In this document: piece by piece, positions 61,619 through 64,000 of the stretch
Layout of the letters: the number at the start of each line of letters is the position of its first letter
How positions within the stretch are numbered: position 1 is the first letter of the stretch
Assembly: GCA_000320545.1 (NCBI GenBank)
Contig: ADNK01002135.1
Coordinates: 1-64,000, forward strand
DNA: 64,000 bases
Reading direction: 5' to 3'
DNA from: Bigelowiella natans CCMP2755
Lineage: Eukaryota > Protista > Cercozoa
The notes under the pieces: generated by a model
Database searches by the model: none
What the model saw: only the letters and a program-made list of their open reading frames with translations
Told to the model about the DNA's origin: nothing
Position numbers and translations under genes: made by a program

Positions 61619-63305
61619 ATGTTTATATTTGCATTCGACCTCTCGTGTGCTCTTGGGTCGCAGTCTTGTCAAAGTCAAAGAGAATGAGTTTAATATTAGA
61701 TGGTGGTAGCGGGAGCGCCTGCACCCTAGGAGGGAGCTCGGGAAGAGGCCTGCCATCCGTTTTCCCTGCTCGGGTTGGAGAAGAAGAAGAAGAAGAAGAA
61801 GAAGAAGAAGAAGGGGATACTTGATCTGGAGGGAGTTGAGGAAGAGGCCTCCCTGCCATTTTCCCCGCCTTTGGAGCTACAACTTCGTGTGTGTTGCGAT
61901 TGTCATCCCAACCCCTAAACAGAGGATGATTCATGAATGATAAGAAACGTCTCTTCGGGCAAAGCAACGGATAACATTGCTCGTTGCAGCAGAGAGCCAT
62001 GTGGTGGTTGTGTCGTGTGCGCAATTCTGCTCATCATATGAGTTGTCCATCATCGCATCACCCGAAGACGGGAGATCATCAACTTTCATGCCACCGGAGT
62101 CACAAAACAACAACGAAGAGGAGCACGTGCTTACGTACATACAACGACGACATTCAAGAATAATAACAACGATGCGAGCGATTGAAACGTTCCATAAATA
62201 CCTTTCATTCATCCACGTAACGCATTCGTTGAACTCAGCTAGAATAGGCCCGCCAACCTCGATGGTCATCTCCACTTCTTCATTTACCTTATGATTCTGC
62301 TGCCGTTTCGTAGACTCTAGGTCCACATCGAATTCCACATAGGCTGTGAATTTATACTTGTTCTTCTTGGCTTTAACCTTGTAGTTATCGTTGAATTTCG
62401 GGTCGACTTCGAAGAATTCCAGATTCTTTTCGAGGGAAGGGGGAATGAAGAGTAAGCGTCGATTAGTGAGAGGAGAGGGTGCAAACGGAACAAATATAGA
62501 AATAATTAAGCAGGAGAATGAAAAATAAAAGTTTGATTGCTAGTTTTATCGATGGATCTTTCATTGTTGGTGTGCGTGCGTGCGTGGCGCGTGCGTGTGA
62601 TAGATCTGAATCTAGTGAATGACATGATTCTCCACTAGATAGCCGTTTTTCTTCTCAATTCTGTAGTCTTCTTCACTTTTCGCTTTCTATAAAATGAGGA
62701 ATACAAGAATAAGAATGAGGAAAAGTTCGCTAACAAGAAGAATGCAGTGGATGACACTCAACACATTGCAAAAATGAGATTGAAAATTAAAAAAGAAACA
62801 CTTTAAGAGAATAGAGAAAAAGGAATCTATTTTACATCTTTCCACAATTTGAATCTCGGCCACCTATCGACATAGAAGTGTATTGCACGGTTTTTGGTCT
62901 TACTCCCGCCTGCAAAGACGACCATCTGTTGTGCACAAAACGAAGCTAATTTTAGAGGCAATGACAAGACGGAAAAGGTGCTAAATTAAATGAGAAATCG
63001 AACGGTACATTCTTTTTCCAGTTATTAAGCGTGGCCGTGTCTGGGGGCGTGGAGCTACAGAGGGCATTTGGTCCGAGGCGCAACGATGAGTTGGCGGCTG
63101 AGCGTGCCTACCATAACAAAAACATACGCATTTGTGACACTACTGCTTCCTAGAACACCAAAATGCCTTCACAGGTGAAATGGAAAATATTCCGAATCAA
63201 CTTTACCGCTAGCTGGTTTCTAGATGCATCCTTGATCCTGTTTGAGTAAGCGAAGACTTCGAGCCTCCCGAGGAGAAGAAGCAGGACAGCTGCTGCCATA
63301 GCCAT
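59448..63305 (-). CDS. HAD-superfamily phosphatase-like protein with N-terminal extension and possible signal peptide, multi-exon
   Basis: Motif I KLILFDFDKTATQEH, motif II VGIATYSD and motif IV IVLFDDDKEN. N-terminus MAMAAAVLLLLLG. Linkage of the 5' exons is inferred. Confidence 0.7.
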
Positions 63306-63659
63306 CGTGGTCAGGATTCACCTCGCGAGGAATTCAAAATATTTGAATAGCATGCCGCGAAATAATAGTTTATGCATTTCCGCATGGATTTCAACCCCGC
63401 GCCATGGCGATCGCACTGTCGGAAAACTTACGCTCTCTGTAATTCTCCTTTTATGTCTGCGACATGAAGAATGGGCATGTCTAATGACAAAAATGGGAAC
63501 CAAACGCAACCCGCTAGGTCGGCAAGCGGTATTGGATTCAATGAATAAATGGAAGCTATTTTGTCCCTGCGACATCAAAATGGAGCCCACAGCTCAAGCT
63601 CTGAAACTACCTGGTGCTTCTCGTCGGCAGCGAGCTGGCTTTGTCCCGTAGATACGAAG

Positions 63660-63806
63660 ATGCCGCCCCCTCGCTCTAAACCGAATCAGGCTCGGGTGAT
63701 TCGAACCACGCAGTGGTGCGCCCCCCTGTTAATCATTCTCCCGTTGTTACTCGCGGGAATGCACATGCCTGTCGCCAGAGCGGTTGATGAACAGATCTCC
63801 CAGGAG
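63660..63806 (+). CDS. First exon of a gene with a signal peptide or anchor; continues beyond the window
   Basis: MPPPRSKPNQARVIRTTQWCAPLLIILPLLLAGMHMPVARAVDEQISQE followed by the donor GAG|GTGCGT. Confidence 0.55.
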
Positions 63807-64000
63807 GTGCGTGCTCGATCGCTGTCGTCGATCATATCTGCCGGAAAAGGAGGAGGGATAGATGGAGGAAGGAAGGGGGGAGGAGGGGGAATAACACACA
63901 GCTTTCGCGCGTTGAAAAGTTCGAATATTATGCCTACTCAGCATGCTACAAGTTGTTTTGCGTCGAATAATGTCTTCTTGGCACATTAGGAACTTGATTC

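Noticed and set aside
1-64000. CRISPR arrays, operons, prokaryotic elements, and the many short ORFs made of HT/CV/YI/SL/ER runs
   Set aside because: The DNA is intron-rich and eukaryotic with no repeat-spacer array; those ORFs are translations of microsatellites or antisense shadows.

Overview
Eukaryotic nuclear DNA: gene-dense, with short GT-AG introns often filled with microsatellites. A bestrophin with a signal peptide plus S/R-rich transit-like leader points to a secondary-plastid alga, possibly a chlorarachniophyte (inference). Left to right: the 3' end of a YeeE/YedE-type gene; an intronless ferric-reductase-like gene; a 9-exon, ~1734-aa NRPS-like gene (FAAL-type adenylation domain, carrier domain, and three TM/left-handed beta-helix repeats like the epsilon-poly-L-lysine synthetase terminal domain); a NICE-3/DUF4129-like gene; a strongly base-paired two-module intergenic element (candidate ncRNA); an ankyrin-METTL21 methyltransferase; a WD40 protein; a probable pseudokinase; a bestrophin; an ING PHD protein; a large low-complexity hypothetical gene; a frame-disrupted YhbS-like GNAT; a peroxisomal (SKL) enoyl-CoA isomerase; an SLC35A nucleotide-sugar transporter; tandem U5 and U1 snRNA genes sharing an upstream GCCTGGAA motif; a secreted protein; an intact young Ty3/Gypsy LTR retrotransposon whose polyprotein ends in a degenerate DIRS-like adenine-methyltransferase-like domain; a 7TM-like protein; a HAD-like protein; and the start of another gene. 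Exon structures were read by eye and not all are resolved; no searches were run.
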